A stretch of 64,000 nt of DNA from Acidobacteriota bacterium. Its GTDB lineage: Bacteria > Acidobacteriota > Thermoanaerobaculia > Multivoradales > UBA5704. Position 1 is the stretch's first letter; each line of letters starts with the position of its first letter. The stretch is from contig JBDTZG010000013.1 of the NCBI GenBank assembly GCA_040005235.1, positions 32,001-96,000 of the forward strand, in the 5' to 3' direction. Below, piece by piece: positions 26,772 to 35,408 of the stretch. A program made the position numbers and the translations under genes. The notes under the pieces are model-generated. The model ran no database searches. It had not been told where the DNA came from and was given only the letters and a program-made list of their open reading frames with translations.

Positions 26772-28133
26772 TCAACCGGTCCTGAGTTTGCCTCCCGGTA
26801 GGGTCAGCATGACGCGGGTCCCCTTGCCCCTCTTAGACGTCACCACGAAGGTGGCGCCGATGGCCGCCGCGCGTTCGGCCATCGTTTTCAATCCGAAGCG
26901 GCCGCACACGGCGATCTCGTCGGACTTCGGTTCGAATCCCACTCCGTCGTCGCTCACCAACAGAAAAACCGCTTCGCCGTCGTTGGCCAGCGTCACCCGT
27001 ACCCAGCGGGCCTGGGCGTGCTTGCGGACATTCGCCAGCATCTCCTGAAGAATGCGCAGGAGCTGCGTTTGGGTTTCGATGGGCAGCTCGTGGACCGGCT
27101 CGATCGCCAGCTCCAGCTGGATCGAGATCTGCTGCGCCCATCCGCTCGCGTAGTCGGAGATCGCCCCAGGCAAACCGCCCTCTTCCGGAAGGATCGTCCG
27201 CAGGTCGAGAATCTGCTGCCGGACGTCGCCGTAAATGTTGCGCGCCGCTTCGGCAAACTCGTCGAGATGGGTCTGCGCTTCTTCCACCTTCCCCTGGCGC
27301 ATGTACTCGCGCACCACCTGCGCCTTGACGTTGACGTAGGCCAGCACCTGGGCGAGCCCGTCGTGCATCTCGTGCGCGATCCGCAGCCGTTCGCGGTCCG
27401 CCCCGAGCGCCTTCATTTGACTATGAAGGTGAGCGTTGTCGATCGCGATCGCCGCCTGCTCGGCAAAGCGCACCAAGACGTCCTCGTCGTCCTGGCTGAA
27501 GGCGCCGCCCCCTTCTTTTTCCGAGAGGTAGAGGATGCCGTGGTGGGGAGCCCGGCAGGTCACCGGAACGGCGAGAAGGCTGTGCATCGACGGATGCCCA
27601 GGAGGAACGCCCACCGAACGCGGATCCTTCGAGATCTCGTCGACCCGCAGGGTTTGCCCTTCAAAGAGGGGAACGCCAAGGAGGCCCAGGCCGCGAGGCG
27701 GAGCGCCGATCGCGGCTTCACGGTCAGGGCCGATGCCGGAAGTGACAAACGAGGTGATCTGCCCGGCCTGATCCACCATGGTGAGGGCGCCGTACAAGGT
27801 ACCGAGCAGCGCGCAAGCCCGCTCGACGACGGTCTGAAGGACGGTGTCGAGAGAGATGTCCGCGGTCACGACCAGCGCAGCGGCGTGCAGCTCCAGCAGC
27901 TCCCGGTTCTGCCGATGCAGCCGATGCTCGAGCTTCTCCAAGCGCTCCAGCAGCAGTTCGTAAAACAACACCAAAAGGACGAGCGCAACCGACAGGATGA
28001 GGAGACGCGCCGCCCACGGCGAAAGCTTGGGAATCAGCAGTAACTGCCTGGAGATCTCGACGGCGACCAGGAGCAAGAGCGGACCCACCACGGCGATGAA
28101 GCGCAAGCGCCCCGCTGATTCCTCAACCCTCAT
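26772..28133 (-). CDS. GAF-domain sensor histidine kinase (HisKA_3; NarX/DevS-like)
   Basis: Two N-terminal TM segments; GAF 'GLGLLG...PPGHPSMHSLLAVP'; H-box 'RIAHEMHDGLAQ'; 'NVRKHA', 'DDGVGF', 'GLKTMAER'. Confidence 0.93.
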   Translation of the reverse strand: MRVEESAGRLRFIAVVGPLLLLVAVEISRQLLLIPKLSPWAARLLILSVALVLLVLFYELLLERLEKLEHRLHRQNRELLELHAAALVVTADISLDTVLQTVVERACALLGTLYGALTMVDQAGQITSFVTSGIGPDREAAIGAPPRGLGLLGVPLFEGQTLRVDEISKDPRSVGVPPGHPSMHSLLAVPVTCRAPHHGILYLSEKEGGGAFSQDDEDVLVRFAEQAAIAIDNAHLHSQMKALGADRERLRIAHEMHDGLAQVLAYVNVKAQVVREYMRQGKVEEAQTHLDEFAEAARNIYGDVRQQILDLRTILPEEGGLPGAISDYASGWAQQISIQLELAIEPVHELPIETQTQLLRILQEMLANVRKHAQARWVRVTLANDGEAVFLLVSDDGVGFEPKSDEIAVCGRFGLKTMAERAAAIGATFVVTSKRGKGTRVMLTLPGGKLRTG

Positions 28134-28152
28134 AATTTACGACTATATCGCC

Positions 28153-28788
28153 TTACGGAAGAGAAGTTGGCTTCGCACCTCGCCGGGGCGCCCGGCTGAG
28201 CCAGAGCCCCGCCAGTCCGGTCATCGACGCGAAGGCGGCCAGAATGAATCCGGCGGAGGGGCGGGCATCGAGCGTGGCTCCGGCAATCGCCAGCCGTCCA
28301 AGCAGCAGAAAAGCCGGACCGACATGCAAGCGGCCGGGCACCGGGGAGAGCGTCGCCAGGATCGACACCAGCCACCGCGCCGTGTCGGCGACGACGATGA
28401 ACGGGAAGCAGATGGCGGGCACGGCCAGCAAGGCCGTCCAGCGGCGGCGGCCGTAGGCGGCGGTCAGTAACAATCCGACCACTACGACCAGTGCCAGGGA
28501 CAAGGATCGTTCCAAGGCGGCAAGGTCCTCGCCCTGGCCATCGCCGGGCCAACCGGCTGCCGAAAGGACTTCGGGAAGCGCCCCGTCCAGTCGGCCCAAA
28601 TACGAGATGAGTTTCACGCCCTGGGGCTGAGCGCGGGTGACCAACTCGATCTGCCAATAGGGAAGCCAATACGAGACGATCAGCAACACGGCGGCGGCGA
28701 CCAGGGTCCCGGTAGCCGCCGGGTTGAGGCGCCGGGATTTGCGAGACCTGGTTTGCGACAGCTCCGCCGCGTTGGTGAAAGGAGCCAT
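28153..28788 (-). CDS. Membrane protein resembling the clade-II nos-cluster membrane protein (NosB-like), divergent
   Basis: About 4 TM segments. 'WLPYWQIELVTRAQPQGVKLISY' recalls the 'P.W.I.L.APQYPEGL' motif. Confidence 0.5.
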   Translation of the reverse strand: MAPFTNAAELSQTRSRKSRRLNPAATGTLVAAAVLLIVSYWLPYWQIELVTRAQPQGVKLISYLGRLDGALPEVLSAAGWPGDGQGEDLAALERSLSLALVVVVGLLLTAAYGRRRWTALLAVPAICFPFIVVADTARWLVSILATLSPVPGRLHVGPAFLLLGRLAIAGATLDARPSAGFILAAFASMTGLAGLWLSRAPRRGAKPTSLP

Positions 28789-28938
28789 TCCACAAGAATA
28801 GACGGCAGCCGCGCAAGCGGCTCCACACATAAGGGTGGGAAAAGAACGCCGCGGGGTAGGGAAAGCCACGCGGCGGGGTGGGGCGGGGATTACTCAAGTG
28901 CTACTGCTCGAAGGCGGAACCTCGCCGGACCCCGAGCT

Positions 28939-29250
28939 TCAGTGCGGCGCATACGCCAGCGGCCGATCCCACGCCGTCCCGCGCAGCAGCTCCGGCCAGG
29001 GCACGTCGGCGGTGAGGATGTTGTTCGGGCTCCCTTCGAACTCGACGTTCAGGAACGCGCCGCTCCGAAACACCGATTCGGGCTGAGTCTCATGGCCGGC
29101 GAAGATCGGCGGTGCGATCAGAATCGCCGAGCTCGGCGTCAGCAGCCCTGTGCAAGGCGCCGGAGCGTTGCGGCACCAAGGCAGGGTCTCGATCCGGCCG
29201 GCCGCCAGCTTGCCCGCCGCAGAATCTTTGGTCTCATCGCGATCTCCAAG
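28939..29250 (-). pseudogene. Start-less C-terminal fragment paralogous to the gene at 29534-30637
   Basis: Reads GKLAAGRIETLPWC...IAPPIFAGHETQPESVFRSGAFLNVE...NILTADVPWPELLRGTAWD, matching GRLVGGTVTALPFC...LPPVRPGIEVQGEPVFRRGAHLNID...NVNWADLLRDTAWN. In-frame TAG upstream, no start codon. Confidence 0.75.
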
Positions 29251-29533
29251 CTAACGCTGCACAACTCGCAGCATTGCTGGCTCATTCTTCGACCGGGGCA
29301 TCGTAAGGATATTTGGGTGACGTGATCTTGCAGGGGCTGCTTCCCTTGCAGGATTCGGGGGACGGCTGCCATTGAATCTGCTCTTGGGAGATTGGCGCGG
29401 CCGTCGGATTCGTTGGATCGAGCCAGAAGACGTCGAAGTTTCCGGGCTGCGAGCCTAGGTGAAGAATCAGGTCTGCCTCTTGGTATCGCGCCGTGGGCCG
29501 ACGCCGGCCGTCGCGCCCTCGGCATGCGCCACC

Positions 29534-30637
29534 TCACGGTACCAGCCCGCCGTTCCACGCCGTGTCGCGCAGGAGGTCCGCCCAATTCACGTTGGCGTTG
29601 AAGACGTTGAACTCGCTGTCGATGATGTCGATGTTCAAATGCGCTCCGCGACGGAAGACCGGCTCGCCCTGCACCTCTATTCCGGGGCGAACCGGGGGAA
29701 GGACGTAGAGACCGACGCCCGGATCCAACACTTGGATGCACGCGGTGGTCAGGAACGTCCCGTCGGGCTGCTCGCAGAACGGCAGCGCCGTTACGGTGCC
29801 TCCGACCAGGCGGCCCGGCGGATCAACATCGACGCGAAACAGGAAGGGCATGCGAAACTCGCCGAAACCACACTCACCGTCCTCATTGCAGAACGCGGTA
29901 TACGGGTAGACGTCCACCCTGTAAGTGAACGGCTGCTCGGCGCGATAGATGACTGCCTTGAATCGGGTTCCAGCACAAAAGGGCGGATTCACAAACGGCT
30001 CCAACAGGCACGTGGTCGGCCGCACCGTCCGCGCCAGGATCGCGAAGACCCGCAGGTCGAAATCCGTCACCTCGCCGTGGCAGGGGGTGAGCAGATCGTC
30101 CACCGCCAGCCCCCGCCCGGCGCCGTCGGCACTCCCCTCCCCTCGGTCGGTGCGGGTGGTCAGTTGCAAGGCGATCGTCGGTCGATCGGGGTTTGGCACC
30201 TGGGGCGCCAGATCCATTTTGATCAGGAGGTTGCCGCGGAAGCCGATGGGCACGTCCAGGTTTGACGCGGTATCGCGGCGCACCAGGGTCGCTTGAGGCA
30301 GGACCGACCGCCGAGGATCGAGAAAATCTTCTCCTCGGCGCAGAATTAGGTCGAATGCAAGCTGCTGCTCTTGGCGGAATCGATCTCCCTGGACCGTGAT
30401 GAATCGCATGTCGTTGGTGCCGACCAGGCCCCGGTAGGCACCGCTCTGCGGGGATGAGCGCCAGAGGAAGAGGCTCGAGCCGAGGTAGGCCACGGAAATG
30501 CGGTGGATCAGCCGGCCCGACTGTTGTTCCTCGCAGGTCACCTGCGCCGGCGTGAGCGGGCGGCTGATCAGCGGTTGGGCGACTGCGGAGACCGTGGAGA
30601 ATAGCCAGAGTGGCAGCAACAGCACAGACGTTCTCAT
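29534..30637 (-). CDS. Secreted Cys-containing hypothetical protein
   Basis: Signal peptide MRTSVLLLPLWLFSTVSAVAQ; SD AAAGGTG; operonic with the upstream gene. Confidence 0.75.
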   Translation of the reverse strand: MRTSVLLLPLWLFSTVSAVAQPLISRPLTPAQVTCEEQQSGRLIHRISVAYLGSSLFLWRSSPQSGAYRGLVGTNDMRFITVQGDRFRQEQQLAFDLILRRGEDFLDPRRSVLPQATLVRRDTASNLDVPIGFRGNLLIKMDLAPQVPNPDRPTIALQLTTRTDRGEGSADGAGRGLAVDDLLTPCHGEVTDFDLRVFAILARTVRPTTCLLEPFVNPPFCAGTRFKAVIYRAEQPFTYRVDVYPYTAFCNEDGECGFGEFRMPFLFRVDVDPPGRLVGGTVTALPFCEQPDGTFLTTACIQVLDPGVGLYVLPPVRPGIEVQGEPVFRRGAHLNIDIIDSEFNVFNANVNWADLLRDTAWNGGLVP

Positions 30638-30655
30638 GGCATCACCTTTCTCTCG

Positions 30656-32731
30656 TCACTGCAACTGCACCCGCAGGAGGATGTCGTACGCGTACTTCGG
30701 CGATTGAATCACACAGCTGCCGCCGTTGCAGGTCTTGCGGCGACCATCCCAATCGATCGTCTGGGTCAAAGTGATCGTGCCGGTCGACGGGGTGATCCAT
30801 TGCACGGTGAACCGGCCGTTGGCGGGACCCAGGTCGAGCAGCGGCAACACTGCCTGGTACTTGTTGCTCGGCCAGATCCGGGCGTCGTAGGCGTTGCGGC
30901 TGAGAAACGAGGGCAGGTTGGCGGCATCCCTCGGGCAGCCGGTCAGGCCGAAGTCGACCTCCGTTGGGATCTGGTCCGGGTGCGCAGGGTCTCTTGGCTT
31001 CTGGCAGCGAACGGTGCTGTGATGAAGATAGAGGAGAAACAAGCGCTTCGAATCGTTGAGCGAGGTTTGGAGCGAAGCCCAATAACGTTGAGAGATCCGG
31101 ACCGTGTCGAGGTCTGTGAGAGTGGTGCCGTCCGGGTAGATATTCAAGCCGACCCAGGCGGGTGCCCGCGACGAAGACAGAATCTTCCCCTGCTCGATGT
31201 ACGGGCGGAGAAAACGAGCCATCACGCCCAGCTGGCGGCGGATGTCGGCCGGGGTGTTCGGGTTGCCCCCGGAGAGGTAGCCCCAGGAGTCGTGGATGCC
31301 CCCCTGATCCAGCAGGAACTCCCAGGCCTCCGCCCGCGCCGGTTCGGGAAGGCCCTGTTGGAGCGCCCCGTCCACGTGCCCCCGGGTGCCGCCTTTGCCG
31401 CCAAACGGCGTGATCTTCGTTTCGTTGAAGCCGAACGGGCGTTGGCGGCTGCCGTATTTCTGGACGAGGGTGAGGGCGCCGGCATCAAGCTTGCGCGACA
31501 CACCTCCCGGCAGCGTGGAGGCGAGGTTCGTGCCGACAGTCGTGTAGTGCCCGTTCAAGATATCCACGTTCGGATCGTTGCGGTATTGGTCGGCGCCGAG
31601 CTGGCTGAAAGGCTGCACCGCGATCAAGTGCCCGCCCGGGTCGAGCTTGGGGTACTTGGCCTCCTCGTCCATCGTTGCGCGGATCATGTCCTTTTGCCAT
31701 TTGGCGACAGCCAGGGGATCGACCGTCTCGGGATCGGGTTCGTTGGCGATCTCCCACCAGACGTTGTCGAAGCACCAGAGCTCGCGGACGGTCCAGAGGA
31801 TCACGTTCTTTTGCGCCGCGCGCATCTTCAGGTTGGCCAGCGCTTCGGGGGTTCCGCGGAGGTCGTCCACTACCGCATATTCCTTCTGCGAGAACTTGAC
31901 GATTTCCAGCTGGCCGTTCGTCCCCGGCAAGCGCCCCTTGCCGCCCCAGGGGCCGGCCTCGAAGAAATCCCCTTCGAACGGCGCGAAGAAGGTCACCTCG
32001 ACCAGCAGGTCTTTCGTCTGCGCGTAGGAGACGACCTGGCGCAGCCGGGAGAAATAGAGGTCGTGCGGCTTATCGAGCCGCCAGAAGGGGTAGGAGCCCG
32101 GAGGGGCGGGTGCGCAGTCGGGGCTTGTGTTGGCGGCGGCGCAGTAGAGGAAGGGTACGTTGTTGAGGGTCTTTTCTCCCGCGAGCGCGATCCAGAGGCG
32201 GGTCTTGTCGAGGCCTTCGGTGCGGGCGGCCTGGAGGGTCGTGGGGTGGTTGGCGAAGTTGCATTTGTCGGCGGCCAGGTCGAGGTGACATCCGGCGTCG
32301 GCCGAGTCTCCCATCAGGAGTCGATTCTTGAGGCGATAGGAAAGGTAGCGTGGCAGGGTGGGCGAGATCCTGACCGGAACGATCGTCCGGGTTTCGGTGG
32401 CGCAGCTGGTGTCGGCGAGTCGGGCGCCATAGCTCGGGTCGGTGCCGATCAGGCTCGGGTTTTCGTCGTAGAGCTTGGCTGCGTCGAGGGAGAGCGGGTC
32501 GCCTTCGTAGGGGAGCAGCGGATCGCCGAGGGTCCACTCTTCTGGCGGGAGGCTGGGATCGAAAGAGGTGCCGGGGTCGGTGCCGATCTCGGGCGGATCT
32601 TCGTAGGTGACCGGCTCGGGGGGTTGCGCTCGGGAAGGAAGGCGGAGGGCGAAGAGGGGGAGAAAAACCAGGATGAGAGCTAGCCGGCGCGAGCGGAGTG
32701 AGCGCGTGTCTGTTTCTTTTCGGTATCTCAT
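30656..32731 (-). CDS. Secreted clan GH-A-like glycoside hydrolase (TIM barrel) with C-terminal beta domain
   Basis: Signal peptide; 'YFSRLRQVVSYA', acid/base 'WEIANEP', candidate nucleophile 'FGFNET'; C-terminal 'FTVQWITPSTG'. Confidence 0.65.
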   Translation of the reverse strand: MRYRKETDTRSLRSRRLALILVFLPLFALRLPSRAQPPEPVTYEDPPEIGTDPGTSFDPSLPPEEWTLGDPLLPYEGDPLSLDAAKLYDENPSLIGTDPSYGARLADTSCATETRTIVPVRISPTLPRYLSYRLKNRLLMGDSADAGCHLDLAADKCNFANHPTTLQAARTEGLDKTRLWIALAGEKTLNNVPFLYCAAANTSPDCAPAPPGSYPFWRLDKPHDLYFSRLRQVVSYAQTKDLLVEVTFFAPFEGDFFEAGPWGGKGRLPGTNGQLEIVKFSQKEYAVVDDLRGTPEALANLKMRAAQKNVILWTVRELWCFDNVWWEIANEPDPETVDPLAVAKWQKDMIRATMDEEAKYPKLDPGGHLIAVQPFSQLGADQYRNDPNVDILNGHYTTVGTNLASTLPGGVSRKLDAGALTLVQKYGSRQRPFGFNETKITPFGGKGGTRGHVDGALQQGLPEPARAEAWEFLLDQGGIHDSWGYLSGGNPNTPADIRRQLGVMARFLRPYIEQGKILSSSRAPAWVGLNIYPDGTTLTDLDTVRISQRYWASLQTSLNDSKRLFLLYLHHSTVRCQKPRDPAHPDQIPTEVDFGLTGCPRDAANLPSFLSRNAYDARIWPSNKYQAVLPLLDLGPANGRFTVQWITPSTGTITLTQTIDWDGRRKTCNGGSCVIQSPKYAYDILLRVQLQ

Positions 32732-32854
32732 GACAGCTGATCATAGCTTGGTGTGCGGGCCTGGAGGCTCAATCACCAGCCCAACGCTATGCTGTCGATC
32801 AAACAGGCGAAATCGCCCCCAAGCCAGAGGGTCGCCCCGGCCGGGGTTTTACCG

Positions 32855-34261
32855 CTACGCTGCGCCCGGCGCCCAGCCGCCCGGCTCCCCCTCGTCCTCG
32901 TGGCGCTCAGCCTCCAGCCCGGCCCGTTCGAGATCGCGAAGAACGCTTTTGAGCACCGCCGCGTCGAGCGCGGCGGCTTCGGTGGCGCGTTCGAGCAGGA
33001 CGAGCGAGGCGAGCCCCTCGCGGGCGACGCCGATCGAGCGGAAGGTAGGGATCAGTTCCCTGGCGAGGAGCTTGCGGGCTTCCTGAACCCGGCCGCGTTC
33101 GACAAGGCGCACGGCCAGGTCGAGACCGACGATCGCGGCTTGAAACGGCAGGCCGAGCTGTTGGAACTGTGCCTTCACCCGGCGGAGCAGCCCTTCGGCG
33201 ACGCCACGGCGGCCGAGACCGTCGTAGATCTGGGCGTCATAGAAAAGAAACTTCGCTTGGTCGCTGGCGCCCATGTGGCGGTAGTACTCCGCGCGAATCG
33301 CGTCGGCGCAGTCGGAGGCGTCTTGGACGAGGCCGAGCTGAACGTACAGGGCGATGAGGTGCTGGGCCGCGGTGAGGCGCAGCTCCAAAAGCTCCGGGGA
33401 TTCCGTCCCGCCGAGCAGACGAAGCGCTTCAGAGACCAGAGGTAAGGCCTTGCCGGGGTCTCCGGAGTAGGCGGCGGCGAGTGAGCGTTTGAGGGCCAAC
33501 TTGCCGGCGACGGGGAGGTCGCCGCGGCGCTCCAATGTGACGACAAGGTGTGCCAGCAGGCGGTCGGCTTCGGCGAACCGCCGACGGCCGAGCAGGAACG
33601 ACGCGTACGGGTCGCCAAGGTGGAAGAGGGCCTCGGCGCTTCCGCCGTCTACCTGCCAGGCAACGAGCGCTGCGTCGAAGGCCTGCTCGGCCTCCGAATG
33701 CCGGCCGAGCAGGCGGAGCAGGTTTGCCCGTTCCGCGTGGATTTCGCAGCTTAGGTCGCCCTGCGCTTCGCCCTCGTCGCAGAACCCGTCTGCGCGCGGC
33801 AGCAGGAGCGCCCAGTCCAGCAGCTCGAGGCCCTCTTCCGGGTCGTCGCGCCGCAAATTCTGCGCCTCTTCGATCAGCGCGGCGGCCTGCTCACGCTCCA
33901 GAGTCTTCTCGGTGTACTCCCCGGTTCCGAGGGTCCCGGCCCGCAAATCCTTCAAGGCGCCCCGGATTCCGAGGTCGACCGGCTTATCGTAATAGAACAG
34001 CGGCACCTCGTGGGTGACTGCGGGCAGGCCGGCCACCCGGCCGAACGCGATCGCGCAGTCCCGGCAGCCGCGCAGCAGGTGGCGCACCAACTGCCGGGCG
34101 GCGCCGCGGATCTCCCCGGCCGAAAGCGGACCCGCCGCCATTCGCTCCACGACCTTGCGGGAGACGCACGGGGTGGCCGCCGTCGTCGTAGCCACGAGGC
34201 GCAGGCTGCCCCTCGGACGGGGAGCAATCTCTGCATCAAGGGGAGCATCGGGCGCATCCAT
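32855..34261 (-). CDS. TPR-like helical-repeat protein with N-terminal His/Cys motif
   Basis: ATG 34261 after GGAGG. 'RHLLRGCRDC' then helical repeats ('ANLLRLLGRHSEAEQAF', 'LDLAVRLVERGR'). Confidence 0.75.
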   Translation of the reverse strand: MDAPDAPLDAEIAPRPRGSLRLVATTTAATPCVSRKVVERMAAGPLSAGEIRGAARQLVRHLLRGCRDCAIAFGRVAGLPAVTHEVPLFYYDKPVDLGIRGALKDLRAGTLGTGEYTEKTLEREQAAALIEEAQNLRRDDPEEGLELLDWALLLPRADGFCDEGEAQGDLSCEIHAERANLLRLLGRHSEAEQAFDAALVAWQVDGGSAEALFHLGDPYASFLLGRRRFAEADRLLAHLVVTLERRGDLPVAGKLALKRSLAAAYSGDPGKALPLVSEALRLLGGTESPELLELRLTAAQHLIALYVQLGLVQDASDCADAIRAEYYRHMGASDQAKFLFYDAQIYDGLGRRGVAEGLLRRVKAQFQQLGLPFQAAIVGLDLAVRLVERGRVQEARKLLARELIPTFRSIGVAREGLASLVLLERATEAAALDAAVLKSVLRDLERAGLEAERHEDEGEPGGWAPGAA

Positions 34262-34379
34262 CGGCGGCCTCCCGGAGCCTTCGGGCGTAAGGGTGATCGG
34301 CGCGAATTCTCTCACGCAGGGGCGATTTTGTCGAAAGGGAGAAACGCCGGTCGGCCGGCGATCGCGCCGACCCGCCAAC

Positions 34380-34450
34380 GTAGGGGGCGGAGACAAGCCT
34401 CCGCCCGAGATCCGCGACCACCGCGGGCGGAGGCTTGTCTCCGCCCCAAC
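34380..34450. repeat. GTAG-type REP doublet (REPIN-like); may also act as a terminator
   Basis: 24-bp perfect inverted arms ggggcggagacaagcctccgcccg (34384-34407) and its complement (34424-34447). Each arm is itself a hairpin; left arm is preceded by GTAG. Confidence 0.75.
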
Positions 34451-34458
34451 CCGACCCT

Positions 34459-34743
34459 TCAGGGCCGCGGCGCACCGCTGGGATCGACGCCCATCCCTTG
34501 GTCGCTGAGGACTTGCGCGGGCCGGCCGCTCGGATCGACCATCATTCCCTCGTTGCCGAGTACCTGCCGCGGCGCGCCGTCGGCCCAGAGCGCGCCGAGC
34601 GGCGTTCGGGCGAACCACCAGCCCGTCAGATGCTCCCAGGCGTCGGACCAGGGCGAGGCCGAAGTCGGGGCGGCGAGCCCGGCGGTCAAGAGCGCCGCGA
34701 TGGCGAGAGCCGCGGCGGGGCGGCGGTGGACGGATACGGACAT
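34459..34743 (-). CDS. Small exported peptide (94 aa) with two C-terminal QVLx(N/D)(E/Q)GMxVDPSG repeats
   Basis: Strong SD GAGGAGG; Sec-type signal peptide; Trp-rich linker; repeats QVLGNEGMMVDPSG and QVLSDQGMGVDPSG. Confidence 0.8.
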   Translation of the reverse strand: MSVSVHRRPAAALAIAALLTAGLAAPTSASPWSDAWEHLTGWWFARTPLGALWADGAPRQVLGNEGMMVDPSGRPAQVLSDQGMGVDPSGAPRP

Positions 34744-35038
34744 GGCGTTTCCTCCTCGGGGTCCGCGGGTCATTCCCGAGAGCCGGCACGGCCCCCGCGC
34801 CCGCGGGGGCAACGCTGCAGGGCGTTGCTGCCCTGAAGGATAGAGAAAAGCGGCGCGGTGCGCCGCCTGCCTTCGGACCGGCTCCAGGGTCCCGCGTTGT
34901 CGATTTCGACAACCTACAACGGCAGAAAGAGGAAGCGTCAAAAGGAGGCGCGCCGCGTCGCCTTTGCCACGGTTCGCGGCGAATTGCACCGACAGCAACA
35001 AATAGGCGCTGCACTGCCAACAATTACGTCCGAAGCTC

Positions 35039-35068
35039 TTGACAAGCGTTTAGCGCGAGGCATAGGTT
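35039..35068 (+). promoter_or_regulatory. Sigma70-type promoter of the XRE gene with an overlapping short palindrome
   Basis: TTGACA-N18-TAGGTT. GGCATA-GGT-TATGCC overlaps the -10. GTG start lies 7 nt after the -10. Confidence 0.6.
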
Positions 35069-35075
35069 ATGCCGC

Positions 35076-35408
35076 GTGAGTGTTCCATCTGTTGCCCATA
35101 ACGCCCGCGAGTACCCCTGGTCAAAACTTTCCTTGATGGCGAGTTTTGGTCAACGCCTGCGCCGGCTGCGCAGGGACGGCGGGCTCACCCAGCGCGATCT
35201 CGCCGCGCGGCTCGGCGTCGATCGGCGCACGATCCAGCGGTACGAATTGGGGCAGATCTTCCCCGTGCCGGAAATCTTGGCCGCCATCGTGCGCGCCTTG
35301 AACATTCGCTTCGAAGACCTGTTCACCCTTTCGCCGCCCCTGCCGCGAGAGCCGATCCGCCGCCCGGCGGGCGCCGATCCGGCCGACGGGTTCGAGGCCG
35401 AGGCATGA
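35076..35408 (+). CDS. XRE-family HTH transcriptional regulator
   Basis: 'FGQRLRRLRRDGGLTQRDLAARLGVDRRTIQRYELG'. Start is GTG 35076 or ATG 35136. Confidence 0.9.
   Translation: MSVPSVAHNAREYPWSKLSLMASFGQRLRRLRRDGGLTQRDLAARLGVDRRTIQRYELGQIFPVPEILAAIVRALNIRFEDLFTLSPPLPREPIRRPAGADPADGFEAEA

Noticed and set aside
34262-35023. N-terminal extension making the TPR protein 722 aa
   Set aside because: It would span the REP doublet and the peptide gene; an ATG with GGAGG exists at 34261.
35059-35073. Third copy of the GAGCATAGG palindrome
   Set aside because: Shares only GCATAGG, with different arm spacing and position relative to the promoter; treated as a separate operator.
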